Origin: Chrysomallon squamiferum
Lineage: Eukaryota; Animalia; Mollusca
Direction of reading: 5' to 3'
NCBI GenBank assembly: GCA_012295275.1
Contig: CM022665.1
Coordinates: 41,478,001 to 41,542,000 of the forward strand
Length of the DNA stretch: 64,000 nt
In this document: in pieces, positions 13,111 to 29,055 of the stretch
Numbering within the stretch: the first letter of the stretch is position 1
Layout: each line of letters begins with the position of its first letter
Program-made: the position numbers and the translations under genes
Notes under the pieces: generated by a model
Databases searched by the model: none
What the model was told of the DNA's origin: nothing
What the model saw: only the letters and a program-made list of their open reading frames with translations

Positions 13111-16100
13111 GTAATTTTAGATTTCTTGTTTCATCATTACTTTCATATCAATACCAACTAAAACATGTAGTTAATAGCAAATAAAATATAAATAAAATTA
13201 ATTATATATATATATATATATATAATTTAGAAAGAACGAATAAAGTTAATGATTAAAGCTGCCGATATTTTTCCACAAGCGTTTAAAACTACATAGAATA
13301 TATATATATATACCTGAACTGTTTCGTTTAATTTTTGACAAAATACTCTTAAAGATTTTCATGATTACTTATTTGAAAAGTTGATAATTAGATAAAAATT
13401 ATCGTTGTATAAACCAGATAGATAAGTAAAACAAAAGAGACTGATGAACAAATGGATAGATAAATTAAATGAAACTAAATAGGTTCAAATTCAAAATATT
13501 CCAACATCAAAATTAAATTTGCCTCAAATGTAAACTGTTCTTCAGTTATGTGTGTAAACTGTTCTTCTTACTATTTCTTGAGAAAAGATGTAATAATAAT
13601 TTTCATTTCATTTCATTTTACGATCGGGAACATATTTTACGGCTCAAACCGTCACAGGAACCATTGATGGCAGAAATTACGCCAGAATTGTGCGACCTTT
13701 CGACCTTTGGTACCGTAATACGTCAATTTATTGACAGTGTTGGTCTTCTATTTGTATCCATCTGCCATATTGCGCGGCTTCTTACGCTCAGTTCTCTTCA
13801 AGTTCTTTTTCTTCCATAGTGTTCTGCTACAGAAGAACACATCTTGATAGAGTTACATCCCTTGGGGATGCACCTTTGACGTAAGGTGTTATCCGGAAAA
13901 GCACGAAGCATTATTCGAGTGTTGCTTTCCACGAGAACTATGGGACGAGTTCAGGCAAACATCTGGCCCAGTACCCGCGCAATCAGTTTCCAACTCCGAT
14001 TCAGATGGGCGCACACTTACGCAACGACGCGAAAGAACAAAGAAATATGGTGCGACCCACTGACCAGCCGGTGAACTAGATCATTTGCATATGAGGTCAC
14101 TCTTGCGCATGTGCAAATAGAAAAATGCACGTCTGATCGTGGGAATAATCGAGGAATTACAATGATTAATTTTGTCGGCTTTTCGTTGCCCAAGATCTCG
14201 TAACTGATATCTTTAGAAATGTTATTCGATAAGAAATCTAAAGAATTTTAGAAGACACCTCGTTAATTAAAAATGAAAACAAATTAACAGATACAATGGA
14301 TTGTCATTAGACGCATTAAAGGACATTGAACGTGTTTTTCCTTTGACTGTTCTTTTTATTTGTTTGTTTAATTAATTTAATGATTGATTTGTTTGGGTTT
14401 TCAATGTCGTAACAAAGAAAACTGTTGTATGAAAATAGTTTGTACGAAGAAAGTCAAAATATAATATAATTTTTAAATCTTATTTTTATTTAATTTTATA
14501 TTTAAATTTATTAACGTGAACATGCGATAAATGATATTCTATTTTTCAGTTAAGGAAATAAGTTGCTAACTTGATCGAAATGTGTGTGTGACGTGTGTAT
14601 GTCTGTGTATGTATGTACATCTATCTGTCTGTGTGTTTGTATGTTTATGTTTGAATGAAAGAGAAAGACAGACAGACAGGCATACAGAGCAGGAAAGTAT
14701 TACACATGTAGGTAGGGAGTAGGTAATTATGTAGATTGTTATGTAAATAGATACACAGACAGGGAAATAGATCGATAAGTATAACAGACGGCTTTTGTAG
14801 GGTTTTTTTTTATGTATCTGAATTTTTTTCGTTAAACATTATTTTGAAGTTTTGGTTGTCTAAAACCTCGCAAGCAATATCTTTAGAAAGGTCATTCCCT
14901 GCGAGACCAAAACGATTTCAGAAAGACAACTCTTTGATTTACAAACGAACATAAACAATACTTCGTCATTAGAAAAAAAAAAGTAACGTATTTTCTACCC
15001 GTGTGCATATAACAATTTACCCTTTTTCTTTAATCGTTCAGAAGTCTAAATCTTTACAAATGGCCATCACTTGTACGCTGAAAAGCGATGCGTTCTGACT
15101 GGACTGTGACCAGACCGAATTGAGGATTGTTGATTTATACGGAGGTGGAGAACTGAAGAGTAAAATAAACGTAAAACCCCATCCCATGTCAGTTGTCGGT
15201 GGTGTGAATGGAGCTCAGAACCGCTGGGTGATTAATCGGGCGCGGTTACCATAGTTACGACAGGCCCATGAAAGAGTAGACGGTAACTCCTTTTCAGTCC
15301 ACCCTCGTAACGCGTTCTGCTTAGAGACGTAGTGATGGGCTTTTAATGGCATTACGCGTACGGAACCATTCAAAGGGCTCCAGTGCTCAAAAGCATTAAA
15401 TTAAAATATGACCAAATGCTTTGCGGTTTTTTTTTTGTAAAAGATTTTATTCTGGCCAGTCCAGGCTTGATCTTCTTGTTTCTCATACATCTGTGTTACA
15501 TCTCTTTTATTCGGGCGCGGTTTTCTGTTCTTAAGGAATGCCTGTGATCCATTTGTTAGTTTATTCGACTCAAAGAAGCCATTCGAAAGCAAATTAATAC
15601 AGAAAGTATTCCCACCATCGCTCGACCTGGGCTAATTAGGTCTGATTGTACATGTCATTGCAGTATGTTAATCCTTACCTAGCGTTTTAAAGACAGTTAT
15701 GAATCTCTATGTTTTATTTATAAAATAAAGGTAGGAGTAGTAATAATAGTGGTGGTGATAATAGCAGTAGCAGAAGAAGTAATAACAGATGTATTAGTAT
15801 TAATAGTAGCGGCAGTAGTAGTAATAGCAGTATTGCCAGTCATATAGTTGCAGCAATACGATAACTGACATTAGTGTCATTGATTTGTAAACGAACTGTT
15901 ATGGTATGTAATATTCTGTAAAGCATCTGTATTACAAAACTCTCTCATCATCTCTCACTCACTGTGTCTTACTTTAAAACAAACTATTTCGTCCTAACTT
16001 GAAAAAAAAAAAAAAATTCTTGACAAGCCGAAACATTATCATGTTGTTGTTCATCAAATTCGCGAACGTTTGTGATGTTAATTAATTTTACAAGTCTTTT

Positions 16101-16569
16101 GGGTTTTTTTTTTATAATGGGTTTACATACTTGGCGTTTAACTGATTATAAAATCTCAAAATCTGAGACAGTGTCATCATGTCTGCTGAAAACGTGTATC
16201 TTTGTGATGAGGACACGTAAATATGTTACATGCTTCTGAGGTCAAAACTACCAAAGTAAATAATATTATCATTTCTCTCAAGTTGAGCCTGTGAGATGCA
16301 CAGCGCTCACAACAAGCTCTACATGTTGGGTCATACGGGGGTGAGGCAATGCTTAGCCATGTGTTTCGTGGCCCTCATATCACCTCTCGGCTTGACCACA
16401 CAAAATACACGGTATGGTCAGTGAACCGTACTTGGGCTGCCCGATCAAGGTTAGGTCACAATCGTCAGTTGGCAGCTAGGTTATCTTGTGTCCATCTTTA
16501 TTTCTTCTTTTTGAAAAAAAAAAATAAAAAAAAAAAAAAAAAAGTAAATAAATAAATAAATATTAATAA

Positions 16570-16604
<35 letters not shown>

Positions 16605-19600
16605 ATCTGAAAAAGAACAAGAACAAGAACAATAAAAATAATGTGGAAAAAATATGAATCTCTATTTTAGAAAATTATTTTTAAATTTGAATAATTTATT
16701 TGCTATAGAAGAACAATCAACTATTATAAAATATCTTTTAAAATTTACGTCGGTAACTAATATATAATGTTTTTTTTTTAATTTTTAATATTATATATGT
16801 TATTCCATCGATAACCGTATCATAACTGGAACAAGCAGAAATAATTTTTATTTTTCTATTTTTAAAATGTTAATAATCCTTTTAAATGAACCAAACTGAA
16901 AAAAAAATATATATATATATATATATGTATATATAATAATAATAATAATAAAATAAATAAATAAAATAAAATTAAAATAAATAAATAAATAAAGAAATAA
17001 AGAAATAAAGAAATAAATAAATAAAATAAAATAATAAATAAATAAATTCTGTGACAAATATTGTTGTTTTTATTAAAACTATATTACCAAGTATTATCTG
17101 AATGTTATGTAATTAAGTTTGTATACACAACAGATTTCATACAAGACGTATAGAAATGTTTCGCACAAATCTACTGATGAATGAATCTACTAAGAGACAT
17201 TTTCATTCGGTCTGAATCTTTAGCTCAGCGTGTTCTCTTCGACAATGAATGATAACGAAGCCCAATTGATTCAAACTGAAACAAACATTCACGCAAAAAT
17301 CTTAGGTCCCGATTTAGCAAACAGTAGCGACCTCTACAATTGGATAACGACGGGGTAATCATCATCAATTAGTCAACAGCAAATTGATCAGCTTCTAATT
17401 ATACACGGGCATTTTCAAAAGAGGAAAATTAATTTAATCTCACCCCGTTGGTGTCACATTTAATGGATCTGGTGGCGGGGTGGTTTGTATAGTTGGCATC
17501 AAGCGTCTTGCGAAATCTCAAGACAATGGAGCAATAACCATTTAATGTGCAACTGCTATTTCGGCGCCTTACGCTTCTTCGATAAAACGAGAATTGCATA
17601 ACGGTGTCAAGGCAAAATTGTTACCAGTGTCGCTATATCCAGGTCCATCTGGTCCCGGCGAGCGCGACATGCTATTGGCCGAGGTTAGAGTGCCTTATGG
17701 AAGAAGCGGAACAATTACAGTGAACTATTGAAATCTATTTGGAGAAGCATAATTCACGTCGACAATTGATATGAGTTGCGTTTGTCTCCCCTAGTGTCCG
17801 AGTGTGGTGTGATTCAATTATGATGCAGCTGACCACAGTAAATCTGGCCATTTATTATTTGTGTAACATTTTGGTCCGAGCAGCTGGTACTGTCGACAAT
17901 AGCACGAAGGGGGGAAAATATTGTGGGAACCGTCTTTAAAAAGAATGAAAAGAAAGCGAAGTTCGAATCTGTTGCTATTGAGAAATGACGAACAAAAGGA
18001 CATGGAAAAATGATATGAATAATAATTAAGCAAAACGAAATAAAAAAAATTTAAGTAAATTGCTTAAAGCAAGAAACTAAACCAAATAAAAAAAAATGCT
18101 TAATGTAATGTACGGATGGTTTAGCCTAAGACACATTTTAATAATAACTGGTAATTTGAAGAAAAATAAAATAAAATAAAAAAATAAAAAATAAATAAAT
18201 AATAGAAAATAAATTACAGTAATGAATAATGGTTTTAATTTCTTTTATTTCGTATTCCTTAATCAGAAATAAAATAAGAAGTTTATTAGTAATTTTTAAA
18301 AAATGTCTTCTCGAAACATATTCGGATACTATGCAATTTATCTGGCTTCAAGAAAACTATCTTTAGAAGTGTATTACTTTGTATCTGTTAAATACAGTTT
18401 CCTTTTTAAACTTTCATTGTTTATTTCCCATTTTAACTATATGTTAAGCCTTGGTAAAAAAAAACAAATCAGAAATCAAAGTTACTTCCGGTCCCCCATT
18501 ACCTTGTCGGATAAATGGTCTGATACCTGTTGTAAATATTTGCTTTGTTTAGGGAATTAAATATTCAAAGTATGAATGGGCATTGAAAAGTTTACAAAAT
18601 GTGTGTAGTGCGTGTGCGTAAGATTTCTCTGTGCATTCTTCAACATTTTTAAATAGTCACATCTGGGAATAAGATTTTGTTTTGAAACTTTTTGTTCTAC
18701 ATTTTTAAACTGGAAATTTTTCCTGTGCTCTCATTCTTACAAACATACCGAAATGATGTAAGATTTTATTATATTAATTTATTGTGTAAGAGGTGCATGG
18801 TACAAGATAATACTGAAACACAGTCGTCGGTAAGTGATTCGATGACCAAACTGTTTTTCTGTGACAAATATTATTCTACTGATATTGATTTTAAAACTCG
18901 AGTACTTTGTACAGCACTAGCTCTTCCTTCCTTACAAACAAAGACAGCAATCTACCACTAACCATAACCGATAAAGTTTCTTTTTGTGAATACACAGGAC
19001 AAATCTCTTAACAGTGAAACACTGCGTCAAAAATTCATAAAGATTTGCTTAAAAGTAAAATTCATAATATCTGACAACGAACAGAGACGGTATTAAATAT
19101 AACAAAGAATGTAATGTCATATTTGTTACAGCTATTTGCCTTGTGAAAACTAGAGCCCGTTTAAATCATTTGCTAACCGCTGTAAGGTAAGCGCGCGCAC
19201 TCAGATTAATTAAGTATTCTTAGGTTAATTACTTCAGCATCGTGATGGCCGTGATTTTTCTAATTACACGTTGGCTGTCAGACATTTTACACGGTTTTTT
19301 CGAAAGTGTTCACACTTCCAGAATTAAAAAAAGGGTTCGCGTTATTTTAAAATATTTGGCAATCGTAACTTCAGACCGAAACTGTTAACTAATTGCATTT
19401 ACAAGTTTTCTGAGGATGACTTCAACATCGGCATTGTATTAACGTGAGATCGTTCCCAGGCTACCCGATACAACTACCACAGCGCCCACAAAGGCGAGTT
19501 AAGAAGCACTTCCTGCAATAAGGTAATGAACATTTTGACTTTTGCTAACGAGGTCATCACGGGTCGTCAATCGAGATTTGAACTTGTGACTTCTGTAACA

Positions 19601-20871
19601 GGATTTTTATCTTCATTTTTAAATAGTCGCTCAATAGGACAGATAGTTACAGCCGTTACGTCAACATTCAGCGACAAACACGGAGATGTGCACGAAGTCA
19701 TGAATTTTTGTCGGGCGAGGGTAAAGAAAATAACGTGATTCAATTTTTCGGCTTCTTCCGTAACGTTGGCGAATGAATAGCGATGATGAACGAAGCTAAA
19801 AACTTTCTCACGCAAGGAAAAAGGCGATTATCTAACTGTTTTCAGGGGCGGGGCGGCCGTCTTTTCCTGACACGTCGATGACCTGAAGTTGACCAAGCAT
19901 CAAAGACACTGTCTGACCTTGACTGTTTTCAACGAAAAAGATTTAGAACTTGTTAAATCACTTCTTGAAAAGCAAAATGTTAGAAATGTAACGATCGTAA
20001 AAAAAAATATAAAAAAAAAATTTAAAAAAATATTCTAAGCAGGATTTCTCGAATCTTCTCTTGTAATGACGCATAACTGAAATTTTGAAATGCAGAAAAC
20101 TTAGAAAAGAAAAACGATTTTTGACCTTGGATGTTAATAAGTTTTATTTTCTGATGTCAAATTCTTTATAAAATTTTCAAAATGTAAAAAATATAAATAT
20201 TTAATTTTATTTCGTTTTAATATGTTATTCCCCTAGGAATTTCAAGAGAATTCGTTTACACAAAAGTTAATGAATAAGTCTTTTTAAAATTTATTCATAA
20301 GAATACATTTAACACTAGCAAACCAAATTAGTCATGTAAAATGAATAACCATAATCAAAATTTTCTCTAGAATGAAAACCTTTAAAATTACAAGGATTTA
20401 TGACAGAACATAGATTTTTATCAAACTGTACAAATCAAATATAAGTATATACATAATTAATGCTTTTTACAAACGCATATGTACGTTTTAAAATTTATTT
20501 ATTTTAGTTATAGCGGAGGTGATATGGCGTCTTATTATAAAATAAATAAAGAAATAAAGAAATAAAGAAAGCAAGAAAGAAAGAAAAAGAAAAGAATACT
20601 AGATTTTGAAAGTTATTTCAAATCAGAATTTTTAATCTTTTCATTTCTGAATGATTTAGTTTTTCTTGATGTGAGAAAACATTATTTTTAAAATTATTAA
20701 AACTACTTGGGCAGTTGAATTTTATTTTCCTTAATTATTTTCATCCGTTTTTAAGTTTTTATTTTTATTTAATTATTTTCTTCATTTGTTCTTGCAGTTA
20801 TTGTTAGCATTATGCAATATTAGAATTAGTAGCAGAAGTGATAGTAGTAATATTAGTTGTAGCAGCAGTAG

Positions 20872-20924
<53 letters not shown>

Positions 20925-22069
20925 CTTTCAGTAATTAATTTTGACCTGGGCGAAATAATAACTTTCTGGGTAATAAAAAAATGCACAAACAAAACGTGAA
21001 GTTTATATTTTAATTGTTTCCATCTTGAGGACAGATCAAATCTTTTAATACGTTTTAATCCTCTCTGAATTAACTGTACCTTTCAGTTGGGTCCACTTTG
21101 ACATGCACTGACCACGGACATACATTAAGTGGACATTTACAGGTGTCTACTCATAGTTTTTCTTTTGCGTGGTTTTTCTTTAATACTGTTCTTTATTCTT
21201 CAACTTTTCAAAATCTCGCTAAAATTTTACTCACCGTTCTGTTCTGTTTTCTCTGTTAGTTTGTTAAAAGACTGGTTAAAGAAAACTGAGAATGTACTGG
21301 TCTTAAACATTTACGATTAGATCTATGTAGGTGACGTAACATAGAAAAGATCGTAGAAACTGCAAAACGCAAGGCATATGTATGTATGTATGTAATATGA
21401 CGTATGCATGTATTAATTAATATATGTCTGTATATATGTATATATACATGTATATATATTTGTATGTATGTACGTAAGTAAATGTGTATGTGCGTAAATA
21501 TGTATATATATATATATATATGTCTGTATACTTGTACGTATATATCTATGTACGTATGTATGTATGTATGTATATCTGTATGTATGGTTGGTTCGTGTGT
21601 TTGTATGTACGTACGTACCTATAAGATATGCATGCATACGAAACAAAAAAATTTAAATGCCATGTACATCACATAATTCTAATAAATCGATGTTAAGTTA
21701 TAAAAAGTAACACGCAGGTTGTCATCACAAACAAACAAATGTTAGAGTCAGTGCTGTTGTCAAATCAATTGCATTGTTTGTGTCCAAATGCACAGTGACC
21801 AATGTCCAGCTGATATTGCCTTTCGTTGGATTTATGTTAATCGATGACAGGTGTTTCTTTATACCTGAACGGTAATTTTTGCACACACAAAAAAAAGAGA
21901 TGTTAAAAAAAATCGATGTGTGGATGGCCAAAAGTTCACACTGCCTATAACAGAAATGAGAATCATTCATGTGGCGTTTTGTGGGCGGTGCTTATATGGC
22001 GAAAAATAAGCCTGGTAATCGTATTTGTTTTTATTTATTTTATTTTATTTCATTTCATTTTATTTCGTT

Positions 22070-22133
<64 letters not shown>

Positions 22134-22467
22134 TTATTTATTTATTTATTTTATTTTATTTTATTTTTTTTAATTTATTATATTTAATTTATTAATTTAC
22201 TTTACTTTATGTTATATTATATGTTATTTATTTATTTATTTTATTATTTTTTTTTTTTTTTTTATTTTTTTTTTTATTCATTTACTTTATTTTATGTTAT
22301 ATTATAATATGTTATTTATTTCTTTATTTAGAAATAGGAAAAGGAAATGAAAATAAAAAGGAGTAAATTTATATTTTTTATTATTATTTTAAAATATGGG
22401 TGCAGCTTAGAAAAGATATAAGACCTGTTCAAAACTGTAGAAAATTTATAATATCTGGATTTTTAAA

Positions 22468-22513
<46 letters not shown>

Positions 22514-23100
22514 TTAGAATTTTTAAATGAAATAGTTCAAGATATTTTAAAATAAATTTGAACATCTTTTAAGATAGAATTTAAGAAAGATCCTCTGAAA
22601 TACAGACATATAGATAGATAGATATATAAATATACAGAGAGACAGACAGACAGACAGACATCAGTCTGACAGCGAGACACACAGATATATTTAATGGAAA
22701 TGATGTAATATTTTCATTTAATTTAAGGAAACATTTAATATTCAGTAAAATTTATTTTGAATCTTTTTGTTTTTCCTTTCTTCCTCTTTTTCTTCTTATT
22801 ACTACTATTACTACTGTTACTACTACTACTACTACTGCTGCTGCTACTACTACTACTACTACTGTATGCTGCTGCTGCAACTACTACTACTACTACTACT
22901 ATTGCTACTCTTACTACTATTGCTACTATTACTAACGCTACTGGTAATGTTGCTACAACTATCACCTCTGCTATCACCACTAATACTAATTATGGTACTA
23001 ATATTATTACTTCTACTGCTTTTGCAATTTTTTTTTTTTTTTTTAAATTTAATTTCATTTAATTTGACTTATTTCTTCATCGTCATCATCATCATCATCA

Positions 23101-23174
<74 letters not shown>

Positions 23175-24109
23175 TACTGCTTTCACCGTGACACGTCTTT
23201 GTTTAAGAAACATTAAAGCGCACCATCTGCTCGGTTAGACCTAACTTGGTAATTTGCAATCATGTGCAGCGAAAATCAAGCTACTTTTTCTTAATAATAC
23301 CCAATACGCTTTCTACCTGTTTCTGACCTCTGACCCCCCATCAGCTCCATGACGACAAAAGCAACCAATAATTACCGATGAAGGCGTAGTCAGCCAATGA
23401 ATACTTTCGTCATCGGCTATTCAAACGAAGCACGTGCCTTATGGTAAAAGAGAAACGACGCCAACGTGACAGGGACATTTCTAATCGGTAATCAAAATGG
23501 CTGCCGCCATACTGCAGAAGCAACAAATTGGAAGAGCGATCATTAGAAAAGAAAAATTAATAATTGCTGCTGAAAGGGTCGTCTGTTTAAAATCTAATTT
23601 ATTATTCCTGCGGGTTTTGGGTTTTTGCAAGATCTGTATAACGTCGGTTTGGAGGCGAATTTTTCATTATCGTCAAACGAATGATCATTACAAATGTCTT
23701 GACACATTTGTTCAGTGTAATATAATTTTTAAGTTTTTACGATTGTTATCATTTTCGAGAAAAAATATGGTTAGAGTAAAGTAGCAAAACACATAATGAT
23801 TAAGATTTCAAATTCATTATGTATTAATGTGGTATTTCTACTCAGACTCGGGGTACAAATTCCACCCCCAACCCCCAACCAAAGTATTTCTTTCTTTAAA
23901 TAAACTGTACAAACGATCACCTCATTATAACGACCAGCGACTATTATTTTTTCATGGAAAACCGTTGACTGAAACTGCTATAACGATAGCAGTGTTTCAA
24001 AATTTCTGGCGGTCGTAACTGAAAAACAAACATATACCCAGTTGTTTCTCTGACACGATGTTAAAATGCACGGTCACGTAATTCGAATGAATCTTAGCTG
24101 TCGCACTCA

Positions 24110-25075
24110 AAACGGTTAAGAACTGTTTAAACATCAAGCTACATCACTGACTATATACTTGATCTATTTGAAAAACCAATTTTATTATATGGTCGTGAAA
24201 TACTGGGTTTTACAAATATACAGTTAATAGAAAGACTCCATATAAAATTCTCAAAATTTATACTAAGTTTTAATAAACGTAACCTTGGTTTTTTATGATC
24301 TCTTGTGAACTAGAATGGTATCCCCTTTGTATTTGTGTAAATGTAAGAATGATAACTTTTTGGGGGCACCTAATTTTGTACAAGTCAAAAGGAGATTTAG
24401 TCACAGCTGTATTATTTAATGCATGTTATCGACTCTGCATGAAGGAAATTTGTGAAAAAATATCCTGTGTTTAACACGTATGTGGACATTTCACAACTTT
24501 GATCATGTTAAATGGTTACGTGAAACGGTATACAAAATATCACATGATCATTACATACAAACATGGAAAAATTAAACTGAAAAGTCTCCAAAGGGTAAAT
24601 AATCATAGAATTTTCAAAAATGAACTGAAATTATAAAATTACCTTACACTGCAGTCTCAAAAGAATGCTAATGTATTATGTAAATTTAAAACATCCAACG
24701 TAAAACTTCTTACTGAAACTAGACGATGGTTTAATATTCTGAGAGAAAACTGAAAATGTCATATTTGTGATCTTGACAAAATTGGAGATGAATATCATCA
24801 TATATTTGAATGCAAAGATCCAGGATTATTAAATGCGAGAAAAGGTATACGAGATACATACGCGACATCCAAATATATTTTCTTATAATAATTTCTTTAA
24901 CAGCAAAAATACGTTTAATTTAAAAAGAAAAAACTTATGTCTGTTAATAAGAACTGAATGTGAGAGAATATGTCCTCCTCGTTAAATTTCCACGCATGTG
25001 TATTTTAATTTTGTTATTATTTATCTGTAATACATTCTTCTCTAAACTGTAATCCTACAGTTTATGGGAATAAAT
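24110..25075 (+). mobile_element. Decayed, 5'-truncated non-LTR retrotransposon (LINE) 3' end, RTE-X-like (clade tentative)
   Basis: Frameshifted or stop-interrupted translations: KPILLYGREILGF, IERLHIKFSKFIL, ELEWYPL...VRMITFW, RIFKNELKL*NYL, LCKFKTSNVKLLTETRRW, KCHICDLDKIGDEYHHIFEC. These are typical of the post-RT region and Cys/His-rich C-terminus of invertebrate LINE ORF2. It ends near an aataaa at ~25068. Confidence 0.75.
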
Positions 25076-26831
25076 TCGTTGTAATTGTCGCTGGCTCTTC
25101 ATAATGTAATCTTTACCTCTTGACAGAGCGAGAAAAATCAAAGCAAGTCAAACACAATAAACCTGCAGTCAATAAAGACCCTTCTGTTAAGATTATTAAG
25201 ATTATGTTTTCTGTGGCTGATTATTGGCTACAAAATAATCATAATCTACCTTTGGATTAATCAATGACATGCAAAAAAACCCAACAACAACCTAAAAAAA
25301 AAAATAATAAAAAGAAAGAAATAATTTTTAAAAAAAGAGTTAAACTTGCAATCTCGATTATAGATTTCGATAAAACAAACTATTAATGTAGTTAATGTCG
25401 GTACTTCGCGAATTTTTATTCAAAATTCCACCGAAAAATCGTTCTGTTTTAACATTAGAACACAGAACTGACATTATTACAAAAATCTCAACAACGAAAT
25501 TTAAATGCGCAAATGACTGCCGATCATTTTTTAGTGTCGGTCGGTGTCAAGATAACTCAGTTTTAAACAAGGAAAATAATCAAAATCGCAATTATAAAAA
25601 AATGACCAAAAGACTTTTTCAGCATTTACGAAACCATAACGTTGATTAGCGTTGGTCAGTTAGAGCACACAATACTTTTAAACGCGAACGGTATCCTTTC
25701 CAGTTTTGAATCTTTACCGAAAATTAAATTTCCTACGTCGTTTTAAATCATTACGAATTAAACACCATTTGGAATAAAATGGTTAAATCACACGTGCAAA
25801 GGAAGACAAATTCACAATTCTTGATTAAAAAAAAAAAAAAATAATAATAATAACAATAATAAAAATGAAATAATAATAAATAAACAAATAAACACGCGGT
25901 AGCAAAAAAATAAAACAGATGGGCAGATAACACATCTGTATATTATTAAAGAAAATTCTAAAGAAACGTCAAGAAACTGTAGACCAGTTGTCACTTGCAG
26001 CGTTTGTAGAGTAAAGACCAATCTGTCATTCCAGCGGTATATCTTTACAAGGGGTGTAAGGTAAATTAGCTTTTCTAAACTACCTTCAGTTTGTGGTCAA
26101 ACTCAATTATCTCCACCTTCTATTGTCACAAAGAGAGAGAGAGAGGCAGAAAAAAAAATCTATTTTCTCGAAGCGTGTTCGCTTTTGGACAGATATTTAG
26201 ACAAATAAATAATATATCGCGTGCCGATTTCAAAGAAATAAATGATGAACAATAATGAAATAGAAGAAAAAGAAAAAAATTAGGCTACTTGAGTTTCTTT
26301 CGTTTGTATGAATCGAGAACAATAGTCACTCATCATGATCCTTTTCTTTCATTCTTTTTTTTTTTTTTAAGTGAAGTAGGATTATTAATTCATCGCCAAC
26401 TGCGACTGGTCCCTTTCTTCAAATCAAATCACTGTGTCTCTTTCATAGTTTCTCGTGTGTCATCATGCGAGTGGTTCTTTGCGGTTAGGCCGTTCTTTAC
26501 CTCGACCCTAGAATTGTTCGCGCGACCTCGGTCTTGTTATTTTAGCCGACCTGCGGATAAATTGTGACGTTTCATTAACAGAAATGTCGTGCGACACGTC
26601 GCCCAGTGTGACGTCGACGTTGTTTGGACATCGTTTATAATATTTGTGACAAAAAAAAAGAAAAAAGACACACACACACAAAAATAATAAAGATCTAATG
26701 ACAGGAACAGTTGTTATAGGCGGGCATGATGTTCTTTATGAATAATATGATATCATTAATATAATATAATATTTTAAATAAATCCACTATCCTACACATT
26801 ATTTTCTCTAAAAATGAACCTTTGGGATACG

Positions 26832-26873
<42 letters not shown>

Positions 26874-28757
26874 TATTTAACTTTAATACATGTATATAAT
26901 AACACTGTGGTGAATTGATGGCAAGAAATTTTTTTGTAACAGTGACATTTTATTATCATATTTTATAATTAGGTAAGTCTCATCGCTACAAATATTATTA
27001 CGTATGAAGCACAGTTTGACCATTTGGTCGTGTGGCAAAAAGTTACTTTCTAAACGATTCCAATCCTCCGTATTATTACCGAAAGAAGAACAACGGCCTG
27101 ATTAATTTAGTGCGCAGTACCGGAAAGGGTAAAAGAGTAACAAACAGACGGTATAAACTGGGAAAGTAAAATAATCTTGTTACATGTTCAGTATGTGTGC
27201 TGTTTATTGAGTAAATCCGTTTTGAAAATATTCCGCAGTTTTGTAATACCACAATGACATAAGTAAGCAGGATCGGGTCTAGGGTTTTCTAGTCCCCGGA
27301 CGCCAATTCGACTTTTTGAAGGGTCTTTATATATGCATATAGCGTCTAATACATAGAAATACACTATATAATCCGTAACCAAAGAAAGCTATGTTCTTTA
27401 ACAACACACTGGAGCATAGTAAAAACATTCAAATTAATAAGTGAAGAACACGTGTTTTTCGCTACTAAGGCCTCTCCTCCCGACCCTTCCACCCCCACCC
27501 CCACCCCGTTTTAGCTTGCTGGGATAAGACGGCCTTATAAATAAGTTGGGTATAATTTTCTAAGATGATCCAGTGTAAACGAAATCAACGTAGACTTACC
27601 ATTTAAAACAGCAGAAATGTTAGATTTATAGTAGCACATTTCGAGGAATATCTATGCACATTATATCATATTATTCTGTGTTACTATATAATAAAATATA
27701 AAAATGCATTAGTTTGGTTCGATTCCTGAACAATATATACAGATTACTTGTATGGTGCTTCCTGATGTAATTGTAGGTATAAAGAGGGACATTTTAGTCA
27801 AAACATCTAGGACTTTAAATCCGTGACAAGCGAAATAAAAAAAGAAATAAAAAGAAAAAAAAGAAAAGTAAAACCACTTTAGTTTTATTTTCAGAAACTC
27901 ATCCATACATACACAGTCGTATCGCAGATGTTCATGCGCAGAATAGACTATTTTCATTACAGTTGAGTAACCAGTCCAATTACGTCCCTAGATTTGTTCC
28001 GAATTCGCACTCCGTTTTGCGCCCAACGTTTACACGCAATCTAATTACCTACAAGAAGCTCTTAAAATCTTTTGCAATTCAAAAGACCGTCTCGAAATAA
28101 ACTGAAAACGTGAAAATGAGTGTTAATGCAGACAGAAAGTGACATAAGGATCTGATGACACAGAATAAACGATCTGGTAATTAAAGCTCTAAAGAGGCGT
28201 CAGCGCTCGTACTGTTCCGAAACAAAGCGAAGTGGCAGTTGCCTTCGGATTCTCGGAACATTACGATTTTTCCCGAAATAGCGATGAACTGTAGAGCACT
28301 GCCGAGAAACGGACCAGCTGCTCAGGTGCTCAATTGTATCAATTAATGTCCGGATAAACCTTTTGGCATCGGAGCATAACGTTCACTGCTGGCAATATCA
28401 TTTTGTGTTCCGTAACTCGTGACCAAGTCAGGCGGCCGGTGTTAATAGTTCACGCCAAGACCGATAACTCTTGAAAGTCACTCTACCCGAACAAAATATA
28501 TCATCGTTTCAAAAGTTCCAAGGAGGATCGTTTGACTTTTACAAACTTCCGAACAATAAACATTGATTTACTTCCTGAAAAGAATTATTCGAGAGACAAT
28601 AAAAAGAAATACGTTCTGTATGGTTTTCTTACTGAATGACGTCATCTTAATAAAACAACCAAAAATAATTTTAAAAAAAATTCAATTTGAAAGCAATGAA
28701 AATATTGCGCATTTTTAGCGGTTCGTTTCTTTTCTCGTTTATAAATATTATAGCTAG

Positions 28758-28807
<50 letters not shown>

Positions 28808-28963
28808 TTTTTGGTATGCTAAAAACAAGGTGGACTAGCTTTCTGAAATATGGTTTAGATTTGACTGACGCAAGATAATGATCGTACGTATCTCTTCCGA
28901 CTAAGGTAGACACATCCGACTTACAGACAGACGTAAGGACGATCGCAGCCCGGGGACTGCCTC

Positions 28964-29009
<46 letters not shown>

Positions 29010-29024
29010 TTATTACTTACATCA

Positions 29025-29055
<31 letters not shown>

